Assembly: GCA_036511815.1 (NCBI GenBank)
Contig: DATCBP010000023.1
Location: 4,001-68,000, forward strand
Reading direction: 5' to 3'
Source: Gaiellaceae bacterium
GTDB taxonomy: Bacteria > Actinomycetota > Thermoleophilia > Gaiellales > Gaiellaceae
Length of the DNA: 64,000 nt
The position numbers and the translations under genes are program-made. The notes beneath the pieces are model-generated. The model searched no databases and was not told the DNA's origin. It saw nothing but the letters and a program-made list of their open reading frames with translations. Positions 44,384 to 53,504 of this stretch are shown here, one piece after another (positions within the stretch are counted from its first letter, which is position 1; every line of letters begins with the position of its first letter).

Positions 44384-44974
44384 TCAGGAAGATGTGAGCC
44401 TCTCCACCACGCTGCCGACGAACGCGTCGAGCTCCGCCAGCGTGCCGTCGTTGACGAACGCGAAGTCCGCGCGGCGCACCTTCTCGTCGTCGGGGACCAG
44501 ACGCGCCGCCCGGTCGTCGACGCCCACCCGCCGCCGCTCGCGCAGCTCTGCGGGAGCCGTGATCGCGACGACACGGTCGAAGCCGGCCTCCGCGCCGGTC
44601 TCGTAGAGCAGCGGCACCTCGACGACGGCGAGCGCCGGCGGCTCGTGGCGCGCCGCGAGCTCCTCGAGCCAGGCCCGGTTCACCGCGCGGACACGCGGAT
44701 GAACCTGCTGTTCGAGCCAGTCCAGCTCGCCGCGATCGGCGAAGACGATCCGGCCGATCGCCGCGCGATCGACCTCGCCGTCCGAGCCGAACACGTCGTC
44801 CCCCCAGCGGGCGCGCAGCTCGGCCTTCAGCGTCTCGTCCTGCGCGTAGACGCGGTGGACGACCTCGTCGCTCGACGCGACGGCGGAGCCGTGCCGCGCG
44901 AAGGACGCAAGCGCCTCGCTCTTCCCCGCCGCGATACCTCCGGTGATCGCGACCGCAAGCGGCCGCCGCTCCAC
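44384..44974 (-). CDS. coaE: dephospho-CoA kinase
   Basis: 196 aa, ITGGIAAGKS P-loop. GTG start in a TAGTG overlap with the rpsA stop. Confidence 0.88.
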   Translation of the reverse strand: MERRPLAVAITGGIAAGKSEALASFARHGSAVASSDEVVHRVYAQDETLKAELRARWGDDVFGSDGEVDRAAIGRIVFADRGELDWLEQQVHPRVRAVNRAWLEELAARHEPPALAVVEVPLLYETGAEAGFDRVVAITAPAELRERRRVGVDDRAARLVPDDEKVRRADFAFVNDGTLAELDAFVGSVVERLTSS

Positions 44975-46338
44975 TACCCGGCGGACGGCTCGGTCTCGGC
45001 CAGGGCCTCGGCGGGCTCTTCGGCCGCCTCGGCCGCCGGCTCCTCGACCGCGCTGTCCTCGAGGGCGAGCCGCTCGTCGTCGCCGGGCGCGTCTTCGGCC
45101 GGCTCGCCCGCCTCGCCGGCCTCCTCGCCCGCCTGCGCGGGCGCCACGAGCTCGTCGGCGAAGACGTCCGCAGACAGGTTGATCGACGGCGGAGCCGCCT
45201 CGTCGCCCGGCTTCGGCTGGATCGGCATCCCGTCCTCGACGCGCTTGAGCGAGAGGGACAGGCGCCGCCGCTCGGCATCGACCTCGAGGATGCGCACGTT
45301 CACCGTGTCGCCCTGCGAGACGACCTCGCGCGGGTTCTCGACGTGGTGCTGCGCAAGCTCGGAGATGTGCACGAGCCCTTCGACGCCGGGCAGGATCTCG
45401 ACGAACGCGCCGAAGGTCACGACCTTCGTCACCTTGCCCGCGACGACGTCGCCCTCCTGGTAGCTCTCGAGCACCTGCTGCCAGGGATCGCTCTGCGTCT
45501 GCTTCAGCCCGAGCGAGATGCGCTGCCGGTCACGGTCGATGTCGAGCACCTTCACGTTCACCTTCTGGCCGATCTCGAGCACCTCGGACGGATGGTTGAC
45601 ATGACTCCACGAAAGCTCCGAGATGTGGATGAGCCCGTCCATCCCCTCGAGATCGACGAAGGCGCCGAAATCGACGATGTTCGAGATCGTCCCCTCGACG
45701 ACGTCGCCCGGATTGAGCTTGTCGAGGATCGCCTGGCGCATCTCCTTGCGCTCGTCCTCGAGGACGGCGCGGCGCGACAGCACGACGTTGTTCCGCGAGC
45801 GGTTGAGCTCGATCACCTTGCAGCGGAGCTCCTGGCCGAGATACTCGTCGAGGTCCTGCACGCGGCGGATGTCGACGAGCGACGCCGGCAGGAAGCCGCG
45901 GACGCCGAGATCGAGGATCAAGCCGCCCTTGACGACCTCGATCACGCGGCCGTTGACGGGCTCGCCCTGCTCGTGCGCGGTCTCGATCGCCTTCCAGGCG
46001 AGCTCGAAACGGGCGCGCTTCTTCGAGAGGATCAGGCGCCCCTCGGCGTCCTCCTTCGTCATCACGAGGGCGGCGATCTCGTCGCCGACGGTGACCTCGT
46101 CCGCCGGGTTCACCGAGCGGCGGATCGACAGCTCGCTGACGGGGATGACGCCTTCCGACTTGTAACCGATATCAACGAGCACCTCGTCCTTGTCCACGCG
46201 GACGACCGTGCCGTGGACGACCTCGCCCTCGTTGATCGTGGGGAAGGTCGACTCGTAGTCGGGGATCAGCCCGCCGTCAGGACCGGTGGTCCAGACGCCT
46301 TCTTCGAGCCGGGGGTCGTCGATGGTCTCGTTGGCCAT
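44974..46338 (-). CDS. rpsA: 30S ribosomal protein S1
   Basis: 454 aa. Four recognisable S1 repeats (G.V..V...GA.VD.G..G..HISEL) and an acidic C-terminal tail. Confidence 0.95.
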   Translation of the reverse strand: MANETIDDPRLEEGVWTTGPDGGLIPDYESTFPTINEGEVVHGTVVRVDKDEVLVDIGYKSEGVIPVSELSIRRSVNPADEVTVGDEIAALVMTKEDAEGRLILSKKRARFELAWKAIETAHEQGEPVNGRVIEVVKGGLILDLGVRGFLPASLVDIRRVQDLDEYLGQELRCKVIELNRSRNNVVLSRRAVLEDERKEMRQAILDKLNPGDVVEGTISNIVDFGAFVDLEGMDGLIHISELSWSHVNHPSEVLEIGQKVNVKVLDIDRDRQRISLGLKQTQSDPWQQVLESYQEGDVVAGKVTKVVTFGAFVEILPGVEGLVHISELAQHHVENPREVVSQGDTVNVRILEVDAERRRLSLSLKRVEDGMPIQPKPGDEAAPPSINLSADVFADELVAPAQAGEEAGEAGEPAEDAPGDDERLALEDSAVEEPAAEAAEEPAEALAETEPSAG

Positions 46339-46365
46339 AAGGGTGAGCCGGGCAGTATAGCCCCA

Positions 46366-46445
46366 CCGATCTAGACGTCCCGCGCCCGATCTAGTTAGTC
46401 GCGGGGGCGGCCGGCGCGGCTTACGAAATCCATATGCATCTAGAC
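46366..46445. repeat. clustered CCGATCTAG-type motif copies upstream of rpsA
   Basis: Plus-strand CCGATCTAG at 46366 and 46386 (20-bp spacing), and ATCTAGAC at 46438. The same 9-mer also occurs at 47785 (+) and 19036-19044 (-). Confidence 0.3.
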
Positions 46446-46468
46446 CCGATGTACGTCATCATGGAGGC

Positions 46469-47335
46469 GTGCACGAAGAGCTGGCGCTCGTGCACGTCGT
46501 CAGGCAGGCTGCCTGGGCGGCGTCGACATACGGCACGACCGCCGTGCGCGTAGCGCTGCGCGGAAACCGGGGCCGCCCGGCGTCGCCGGTCCGGAACGAG
46601 GAGCGGCTCGTGTTCGTCGTCGGGTCGCCCCGCTCCGGCACGACGTTCGTCGGCCGAGCGCTGGGCTCCCAGCCCGGCTTCGTCGATCTCGGCGAGGTGC
46701 CGCTGCTCAAGGCGATCGCCGCCGAGCTGGCGCCGCTGCCGGCGGACGAGCAGGCGCAGCGGGTGCGGCCGATCCTCCAGCGCGTGCGGTCGCTGGGTTT
46801 CGTGCGCCGGCTGCGCGGGGTCGAGCAGACGCCGGAGATGAGCTACCTCCTGCCGGGCCTGCTGTCGGCATACCCGACGGGATCGGCGGTACACGTGCTC
46901 CGGGACGGGCGCGACGTCGTCTGCTCCCTGCTCGAGCGCGGCTGGTTGAGCGCGGACCGGGTCGGCCACGACGACGCGCACCAGCCGTACGGTGCGTATG
47001 CCCGCTTCTGGGTCGAGCCGGAGCGGCGCGAGGAGTTCGAGCGCGTGAGCGACGCTCGCCGGGCCGCCTGGGCCTGGCGGCGCTACGTCACGGCGGCCCG
47101 CGCGGCGCCCGAGCGGACGATCGAGCTCCGCTACGAGGCACTCGTGACGGAGACGGGGCCGGCGGCGGACCGCGTCGCGGCCGTGCTCGGCGTCGATCCG
47201 GAGCCGCTGCGGCGCGCATTCGCGTCCGCGCACGCGAATTCGGTCGGCCGGTGGCGGCACGAGTTGTCCGCCGAGCAGCTCGCCGACGTCGAGGCCGAGG
47301 CGGGCGACCTGCTCACCGAGCTCGGGTATCGATAG
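46469..47335 (+). CDS. sulfotransferase-family protein
   Basis: VFVVGSPRSGTTFVGRAL is a PAPS 5'-phosphosulfate-binding loop. The start is uncertain: GTG at 46469, or GTG at 46610, which has GAGGAG 6 nt upstream. Confidence 0.7.
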   Translation: MHEELALVHVVRQAAWAASTYGTTAVRVALRGNRGRPASPVRNEERLVFVVGSPRSGTTFVGRALGSQPGFVDLGEVPLLKAIAAELAPLPADEQAQRVRPILQRVRSLGFVRRLRGVEQTPEMSYLLPGLLSAYPTGSAVHVLRDGRDVVCSLLERGWLSADRVGHDDAHQPYGAYARFWVEPERREEFERVSDARRAAWAWRRYVTAARAAPERTIELRYEALVTETGPAADRVAAVLGVDPEPLRRAFASAHANSVGRWRHELSAEQLADVEAEAGDLLTELGYR

Positions 47336-47364
47336 CCCCCGCGGGCGCCGATAGGCTGACCACC

Positions 47365-47793
47365 ATGGAGGAGCGGTATCCGATCGGAGACACCGATTCG
47401 GTCGTCGTCGCCGTGCTGCGGCACGACCGGCGCGAGGCCGGCTATCCGCGCTGGTCGGCGTCGATCGGCCTGCGCGGCGGCGAGGCCACCGTCAGCGTTC
47501 CCGGCCACTATCCGGGCGTGCTCGCGCAGCGCCTCCGGGCGGCGCAGACGGGTTTCGCCCCCGGGGTCCGCCTCGGACGCGACGAGTACCTCGACGTGAC
47601 GGCGCTCGCCCGCGACGGGGACGAGTCCGTCGCGCTCTCCTCGACCGCGCGCTCGCCCGTGCGTGTGACCGTCGAGGTGCCGCGCACCGAGATCGAGCCG
47701 CTCGCCGTCCTGCTTGACGAGGCGCAGCGGCTGATCGAGGAGCTCCGGCAGGGCCTGGGCCTCGTGCCCGACTCCCTGCCCGACCCGATCTAG
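47365..47793 (+). CDS. hypothetical protein
   Basis: Start moved to the ATG at 47365. 142 aa, no recognised motif. Coding-like composition. Confidence 0.45.
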   Translation: MEERYPIGDTDSVVVAVLRHDRREAGYPRWSASIGLRGGEATVSVPGHYPGVLAQRLRAAQTGFAPGVRLGRDEYLDVTALARDGDESVALSSTARSPVRVTVEVPRTEIEPLAVLLDEAQRLIEELRQGLGLVPDSLPDPI

Positions 47794-47797
47794 ACCT

Positions 47798-50386
47798 CTA
47801 GCTCTTCGCCTCGTTCCAGTCGTCGCCGGCGCCGACGTCGACGGCGAGCGGCGGGTCGAGCGGGTACGCGTTGCACATCTCGTCGCGCAGCAGCGCCTCC
47901 GCCGACGAGCGCTCCGCGTCGGGCGCTTCGACGAGCAGTTCGTCGTGCACCTGGAGCACGAGCCGCGAGCTGCGCCCTTCGTCGCGCAGCCGGCGGTGGA
48001 TGTTCACCATCGCCACCTTGATCACGTCGGCCGCGGTGCCCTGCATCACCGAGTTGACCGCCAGTCGCTCGCCGAGCGAGCGGGTCTGCCGGTTCGACGC
48101 CCGGATCTCCGGCACCGGCCGGCGGCGTCCGAGCAGCGTCGTCACGTAGCCGTCACGCGCCGCCTGCTCGATCGTTCGCTGGATGAAGTCCTGCACGAGC
48201 GGGAAGCGCGCGAGATACGTGTCGATGTACGTCTGCGCCTCGTCGCGCGGAATCTCGAGGTTCTCCGCCAGCCCGAACGCGGAGATGCCGTAGATGATCC
48301 CGAAGTTGACCATCTTCGCGACGTTGCGCTCGTCCTTCGTCAGCATCGCCTGGTCCTTGCCGAGCACCTCGGCCGCCGTCGCCGCGTGGATGTCCTCGCC
48401 GCGCGCGAACGCCTCGCGCAGCTTCGGCTCGCCCGAGACGTGCGCGAGGATGCGCAGCTCGACCTGCGAGTAGTCGGCGGACACGAGCCGGTGCCCGGGC
48501 TCGGCGACGAATGCGCTGCGGATCTCGCGCCCGAGCTCGGTGCGGATGGGGATCGCCTGGAGGTTCGGGTTCGAGGTCGAGAGGCGGCCCGTGGCGGCGA
48601 CGGCCTGGTTGAACGTCGTGTGCAGGCGCCCGTCCTCGCCGATCAGCGCCGGCAGCGGCCCGAGGTACGTGTTGAGCAGCTTCGTCAGCTCGCGCCACTC
48701 CTCGATCACCGCGACGATCGCGTGGTCACCCCTGATCGTGCGCAGGACGCGGGTGTCCGTCGAGTAGCCGGTCTTCCCCTTGCGGCCGGGCGTCAGCTCG
48801 AGCTTCTCGAAGAGGATCCGCGCGAGCTGCTGCGTCGAGCCGAGCATGAACTCCTCGCCCGCGAGCTCATACGCGCTCGCTTCGAGCTCCTCGACGCGGT
48901 CGGCGAGCCGCGCCGTGATCTCGCCCATGCGGTACGTGTCGATCTTCACGCCCGCGTCCTCCATCGCGGCGAGCACCGCGGTGAGCGGCAGCTCGATCCG
49001 GTCGTACAGCTCCTCGCTGCCGCGCTCGCGCAGGCGGGCGCGCAACAGCGGGGCGAGCCGCCGCGGGATCTCGGCGGCGCGCACGAGGGCGGCCGTCTCC
49101 TCCTCGGCCGCCGGCTCCGGGATCGCCTCGACGCCGTACTCGGCGGCGAGGTCGTCGAGCTCGTACGCGGGGCGCCCCGGCTCGATCAGGTATGCGGCGA
49201 TGAGCGTGTCGTCCGCCGGAAGCGCCGTGAGGCGCGGCAGTGACTTGTAGTCGTGGGCGACGACCTCGCAGTCGCGGATGCGCGCCTCGAGCTCCGGGCT
49301 CCACGCGCCGACGACGACGCCGTCCTCGAGCGCGAGCGCGAAACGGCCGTCCCGGATCGCGAACCCGACCCGTCCGCGCGCGCTCGCCGGCAGATCGCCC
49401 TCGGACCAGCGGACAGACGTGCCGACGACGGCCTGCTGCGCGGCGGGTACGGCGACATCGAGCTCGTCGATCCTGTTGAGGAGGTTGCGGAACTCGAAGC
49501 GCCGGAACATCTCGCGCAGCTCCGAGCGGTCGGGCGGCGCGAGCACGAGCTGCGACGGGTCGCAGTCGATGTCGAGGTCGCGCCGCATCGTCGCGAGCTC
49601 CTTCGACAGCCGCGCCTGGTCGGCGAACTCGATCACGTTCTTGCGGCGTGCGGGCGAGAGCTCATCGGCGTGGGCGATCACCTCCTCGACGGAGCCGTAC
49701 TGCGCGATCAACTGTCCGGCGGTCTTGTCGCCGATTCCCGGGATGCCGGGGATGTTGTCCGAGGTGTCGCCCTTCAGCCCGATGAAGTCCGGGATCTGGT
49801 CGGGGCGGATGCCGTAGCGCGCCTCGACGCGTTCGGGCGTGTAGACCTGAACGTCGCTCACGCCGCGCGGCGTCATCATCAGCGCGACGCGGTCGCTGAC
49901 GAGCTGGAACGCGTCGCGGTCGGTCGAGACCACCGCCGTCTTGATCCCTGCCTCGTCGGCGCGCGTCGCGAGCGTGGCGATCACGTCGTCGGCCTCCCAG
50001 CCTTCGAACTCGAGGTTGCGATAGCCGAACGCCTCGACGATCGGGCGGAAGTACGGGAACTGCTCCGCGAGCAGGTCGGCCATCGGGCGGCGGCCTTCCT
50101 TGTAGACGACGTCCCCCTCGGCGGCGATCTCGTGCCGGTGCACCGGCCGCGTATCCCATGCGACCGCGACGCCCTTGGGCTTGTAGTCGGCCAGCAGCTT
50201 GAAGAGCATGTTCGTGAAGCCGAGCAGCGCGTTCGTGGGAAAGCCCTCGGTCGTCGCCAGCTCCTCGGGCAGCGCGAAGAAGGCGCGGTACGCGAGGTTG
50301 TTGCCGTCGACGAGGAACAGCTCGCTGTCGCGCGCGGGGGCGTCGTCGAGCTCGAGCTCGAGGCCGGTCAGCGTCTTCGGGGACAT
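47798..50386 (-). CDS. polA: DNA polymerase I
   Basis: 862 aa, 5'-nuclease N-terminus (LVDGNNLAYRAFFAL). Pol motifs DYSQVELR, RRPVPEI..SN and VLQVHDELLVE. Confidence 0.97.
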   Translation of the reverse strand: MSPKTLTGLELELDDAPARDSELFLVDGNNLAYRAFFALPEELATTEGFPTNALLGFTNMLFKLLADYKPKGVAVAWDTRPVHRHEIAAEGDVVYKEGRRPMADLLAEQFPYFRPIVEAFGYRNLEFEGWEADDVIATLATRADEAGIKTAVVSTDRDAFQLVSDRVALMMTPRGVSDVQVYTPERVEARYGIRPDQIPDFIGLKGDTSDNIPGIPGIGDKTAGQLIAQYGSVEEVIAHADELSPARRKNVIEFADQARLSKELATMRRDLDIDCDPSQLVLAPPDRSELREMFRRFEFRNLLNRIDELDVAVPAAQQAVVGTSVRWSEGDLPASARGRVGFAIRDGRFALALEDGVVVGAWSPELEARIRDCEVVAHDYKSLPRLTALPADDTLIAAYLIEPGRPAYELDDLAAEYGVEAIPEPAAEEETAALVRAAEIPRRLAPLLRARLRERGSEELYDRIELPLTAVLAAMEDAGVKIDTYRMGEITARLADRVEELEASAYELAGEEFMLGSTQQLARILFEKLELTPGRKGKTGYSTDTRVLRTIRGDHAIVAVIEEWRELTKLLNTYLGPLPALIGEDGRLHTTFNQAVAATGRLSTSNPNLQAIPIRTELGREIRSAFVAEPGHRLVSADYSQVELRILAHVSGEPKLREAFARGEDIHAATAAEVLGKDQAMLTKDERNVAKMVNFGIIYGISAFGLAENLEIPRDEAQTYIDTYLARFPLVQDFIQRTIEQAARDGYVTTLLGRRRPVPEIRASNRQTRSLGERLAVNSVMQGTAADVIKVAMVNIHRRLRDEGRSSRLVLQVHDELLVEAPDAERSSAEALLRDEMCNAYPLDPPLAVDVGAGDDWNEAKS

Positions 50387-50407
50387 CCTGCCCCGAGTTT
50401 ACGTTCC

Positions 50408-51178
50408 CTACTTCAGCGTCTTGAGATACGCGATCAGGGCGGTCACGTCGGCCTGCGGGATGATCCCGCCCCAGTGCGGCATGCTCACGATCGGGGCCTT
50501 TCCGATCACGCTGCCGCTGCGGATCACGTCGGCGATCGCCTTGTCCGTCGGAAAATCGTGGCGGAAGCCACCGCCCGAGAGCGGCGGAATCGACTTGTCC
50601 GCGGAGAGCGGATTCGCCACACCGCCGAGGCCGTTGGGGCCGTGGCAGTTGATGCACCCGTAGCGGACGTAGAGCGCTGCGCCGGCGACGGCCGGGCCCT
50701 GACCCTGCGGCACGGGCACCGGGGAGCTCTCCGACACGGCGGGCAAGCCGGCGCGGATGTACGAGACGAGATTGGAGACCTGCGTCGTCGAGATCACCTC
50801 GCCCCAGACCGGCATGTACGGCTTCGTCGGGTTGGCCGACTCGCCGAGCCCATGGTCGATGATGTGCGAGAGCTGCGCGACGGTCAGCGACGTGCCGACG
50901 CTCGTGAGCGAGGGCACGTCCGGCGAGACGCCGCCCTGCCCCTGCGGGCCGTGGCACTGGGAGCACGCGAACTGGACGAAGGTGTGGGCGCCGGCCGCGA
51001 TCGCCGGCGTGACCGACGGCGCCGTGCTCTCCGCGGCGGCCGACGCATTGCCGGCGCTGTGCCGGCTCGTGTGGCCGTACGCCCAGCCCGCGATCCCGGC
51101 GGCGAACATCAACCCCAGCACCACCAGCACGAGCGCCGCCTCAGCGGTGGCAACCGACAGACTGCGCTTACGGCTCAT
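50408..51178 (-). CDS. membrane-anchored diheme c-type cytochrome
   Basis: 256 aa, N-terminal TM anchor, two CxxCH motifs (CSQCH, CINCH), each followed by a distal Met context (PYMPVWG; VSMPHWG). Confidence 0.8.
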   Translation of the reverse strand: MSRKRSLSVATAEAALVLVVLGLMFAAGIAGWAYGHTSRHSAGNASAAAESTAPSVTPAIAAGAHTFVQFACSQCHGPQGQGGVSPDVPSLTSVGTSLTVAQLSHIIDHGLGESANPTKPYMPVWGEVISTTQVSNLVSYIRAGLPAVSESSPVPVPQGQGPAVAGAALYVRYGCINCHGPNGLGGVANPLSADKSIPPLSGGGFRHDFPTDKAIADVIRSGSVIGKAPIVSMPHWGGIIPQADVTALIAYLKTLK

Positions 51179-51283
51179 CGTGCGAAGCCTCCGAGATCGA
51201 ACGCGAGACCACGATCATACGGCGAGCGGCGGCTGCCGTCCGGAGTTCCCAGCCTCGACTCGGCCGCCTGCTTGAATCAGCCG

Positions 51284-52804
51284 GTGCCCCGCGTCCCTCT
51301 CCTGTCCGGCACGCTGCTGCTGATCGCGACGGCGCCGGACGACGCGCTCGTGCTGCGGCCGCCGCGGCCGGGCCAGGCGGTCGCCGACGTCGGCGCAGCC
51401 GTCCGGGACGCGCTGCGCTTCCCCCTCGAGGGCGAGCCCCTCTCGGCGGTCGCCGGACGGCGCGCCCGCGCAACGATCGTCGTCGAGCCGCCCGCGCTGC
51501 CGATCCCGGGCTCCCCGGCCGACCCGAGACAGCTCGCGATCGGCGCAGTCGTCGACGAGCTCGAGCGGCTCGGCATCCCGACCGGCTACCAGACGATCCT
51601 CGTGGGCTGCGGGCTCACGCGGCGTACGTCGCAGCGCGAGCTCGAGGCGCTCGTCACGCCCGAGCTGGCGCGCCGGTTCCACGGCCACGTCGTCGTCCAC
51701 GACGTCGAGGATCCGGAACTCGTGCGCCTCGACGAGGCGTCGCGGCCGCCGCTGCGCGTGAACAGGGCACTTGTCGAGACCGACCTCGTCGTGACGGTGA
51801 CCGCGGCCGAGTCGGTGCTTCACGGCGGCCCCGCAGCGCTGCTCGGCGCTTCCGGCGCGGACGCGTTGCGCGCGGCCGGCGCCTTCTCGCTCCTCGAGAC
51901 CGGCGCGTCGCAGGGCTGGCAGCTCGCCGTCGCCCTCGAGCGTGCGCTCGCACGGCGCGTACCGCTGTTCGGCGTCTCGCTCGTGCTCAACCAGCCGCAG
52001 GTCGCGGGCGCATGGCGCGGCTATCCCTACGAGACGGAGTCGCTGGAGCGCATCGCGCGCTCGCCGTTCCGGCATCTCTTCTCGGCGTTGCCCGAGGTGG
52101 CGCGCGTGCGGCTCCTCCGGGCGATCCCGACGGAGCTGACCGTCGCCGCTGCGTTCGCCGGACCGCCGTCGGTGGCGCACGCCGAGGCGCTGCTGCGCGC
52201 GGTCGAGCTTCGCTGCGCCGACCTCGACGCGCAGCTCGACGCGATCGTGATCGGCGTGCCGGCCGTGACGCCGTACCTCCCGCGCGAGCGGCCCAACCCG
52301 CTGCTCGCTGCGTACCTCGGCCTCGGGCACGCGCTTCGCCTCTGGCGCGACGCGTTCCCGGTGGCCGACGGCGGAACGGCGATCCTCGTCAACCGGTTCA
52401 CGCGGTACTTCGCGCATCCCACGCAGCAGCCGTACCGCACGTTCTTCCACGCCGTGCGCGGCGGCCGCGACCCGCAGCTGCTCGCCGACGCCGAGCGCGC
52501 GACGGCGGCGGACGCGCGGGCGCTCGCGGAATACCGCGCGGGCCGAACGGTGCACCCCCTGTTGCCCTTCCGCGACTGGAACGCGTGCCAGCCGGCGCTC
52601 GGACGCCTAGGCGCCGTCATCGTCGCGGGCGCGGCCGACGCAGCCTCGGTCCGGCAGCTCGGGTTCGTTCCCGCGCACGGGCTCGGCGCCGCCCTCGAGC
52701 TGGCGCGCGGCCGGAGCAGCAGCGGCGCGCCGCGCATCGGCTTCCTGCTGAGCCCGCCCTACTTCCCGCTCCGCGTCAGAGCTCGCCCAGATACGTCTTT
52801 CTGA
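51284..52804 (+). CDS. conserved hypothetical protein, tentatively DUF2088/LarA-like fold
   Basis: Only the last ~506 codons of track ORF 49253..52804 look coding; the start is GTG 51284 or TTG 51272. By-eye collinearity with lactate racemase LarA segments (ILVGCGLTRRTSQRELEAL; DLVVTVTAAESVLHGGPAALLG). Confidence 0.55.
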   Translation: MPRVPLLSGTLLLIATAPDDALVLRPPRPGQAVADVGAAVRDALRFPLEGEPLSAVAGRRARATIVVEPPALPIPGSPADPRQLAIGAVVDELERLGIPTGYQTILVGCGLTRRTSQRELEALVTPELARRFHGHVVVHDVEDPELVRLDEASRPPLRVNRALVETDLVVTVTAAESVLHGGPAALLGASGADALRAAGAFSLLETGASQGWQLAVALERALARRVPLFGVSLVLNQPQVAGAWRGYPYETESLERIARSPFRHLFSALPEVARVRLLRAIPTELTVAAAFAGPPSVAHAEALLRAVELRCADLDAQLDAIVIGVPAVTPYLPRERPNPLLAAYLGLGHALRLWRDAFPVADGGTAILVNRFTRYFAHPTQQPYRTFFHAVRGGRDPQLLADAERATAADARALAEYRAGRTVHPLLPFRDWNACQPALGRLGAVIVAGAADAASVRQLGFVPAHGLGAALELARGRSSSGAPRIGFLLSPPYFPLRVRARPDTSF

Positions 52805-53504
52805 CGTCTTCGTTCTGCGCGAGCGCCTTCGCGTCGTCGGCGAGCTTGACCCTGCCCGTCTCGAGCACGTAGCCGCGGCCGGCCACCTCGAGCGCCATCA
52901 GCGCGTTCTGCTCGACGAGCAGGATCGACGTGCCCTGCTTGTTCACCTCGACGATCGTCTCGAAGATCCGCTGGACGAAGATCGGCGCGAGCCCCATCGA
53001 CGGCTCGTCGAGCATGAGCAGCTTCGGGCGCGCCATCAGCGCGCGGCCGATCGCGCACATCTGCTGCTCGCCGCCCGACATCGTCCCGGCCTTCTGATGG
53101 CGCCGCTCGGCGAGACGCGGGAAGAGCTCGAACACGCGGTCCATGTCCTCGCGCATCCCGCTCTTGTCCCGGCGCTGGAAGGCGCCCATCTCGAGATTCT
53201 CCGTCACGGTCATCCGTGGGAAGAGCTTGCGCCCCTCGGGCGACTGCGCGATCCCAAGCTTGACGATGTCGTGTGCGTGATCGTTCGTGATGTCGCGCCC
53301 ACCGAAGACGATCGTGCCCCTGCGCGGGTGGTTGAGCCCGTTGATCGAGCGCAGCGTCGTCGACTTGCCGGCGCCGTTCGCGCCGATCAGCGTGACGATC
53401 TCGCCCTCCCGCACCTCGATCGAGATGCCCTTGAGCGCCTGGATCGAGCCGTAGTACGTCTCGACGCCGTCGAGCTTCAGCAGCGTCGTGTCGCCGGCGC
53501 TCAC
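52776..53504 (-). CDS. livF: branched-chain amino acid ABC transporter ATP-binding protein
   Basis: 242 aa, GANGAGKST, LSGGEQQM, LLMLDEPS. Confidence 0.9.
   Translation of the reverse strand: MSAGDTTLLKLDGVETYYGSIQALKGISIEVREGEIVTLIGANGAGKSTTLRSINGLNHPRRGTIVFGGRDITNDHAHDIVKLGIAQSPEGRKLFPRMTVTENLEMGAFQRRDKSGMREDMDRVFELFPRLAERRHQKAGTMSGGEQQMCAIGRALMARPKLLMLDEPSMGLAPIFVQRIFETIVEVNKQGTSILLVEQNALMALEVAGRGYVLETGRVKLADDAKALAQNEDVRKTYLGEL

Noticed and set aside
49253-52804. 1183-aa plus-strand ORF spanning polA, the cytochrome c gene and beyond
   Set aside because: The first ~677 codons are antisense to well-supported polA and cytochrome c genes and are low-complexity Arg/Asp-rich. Only the portion from about 51284 onward looks like a real protein.
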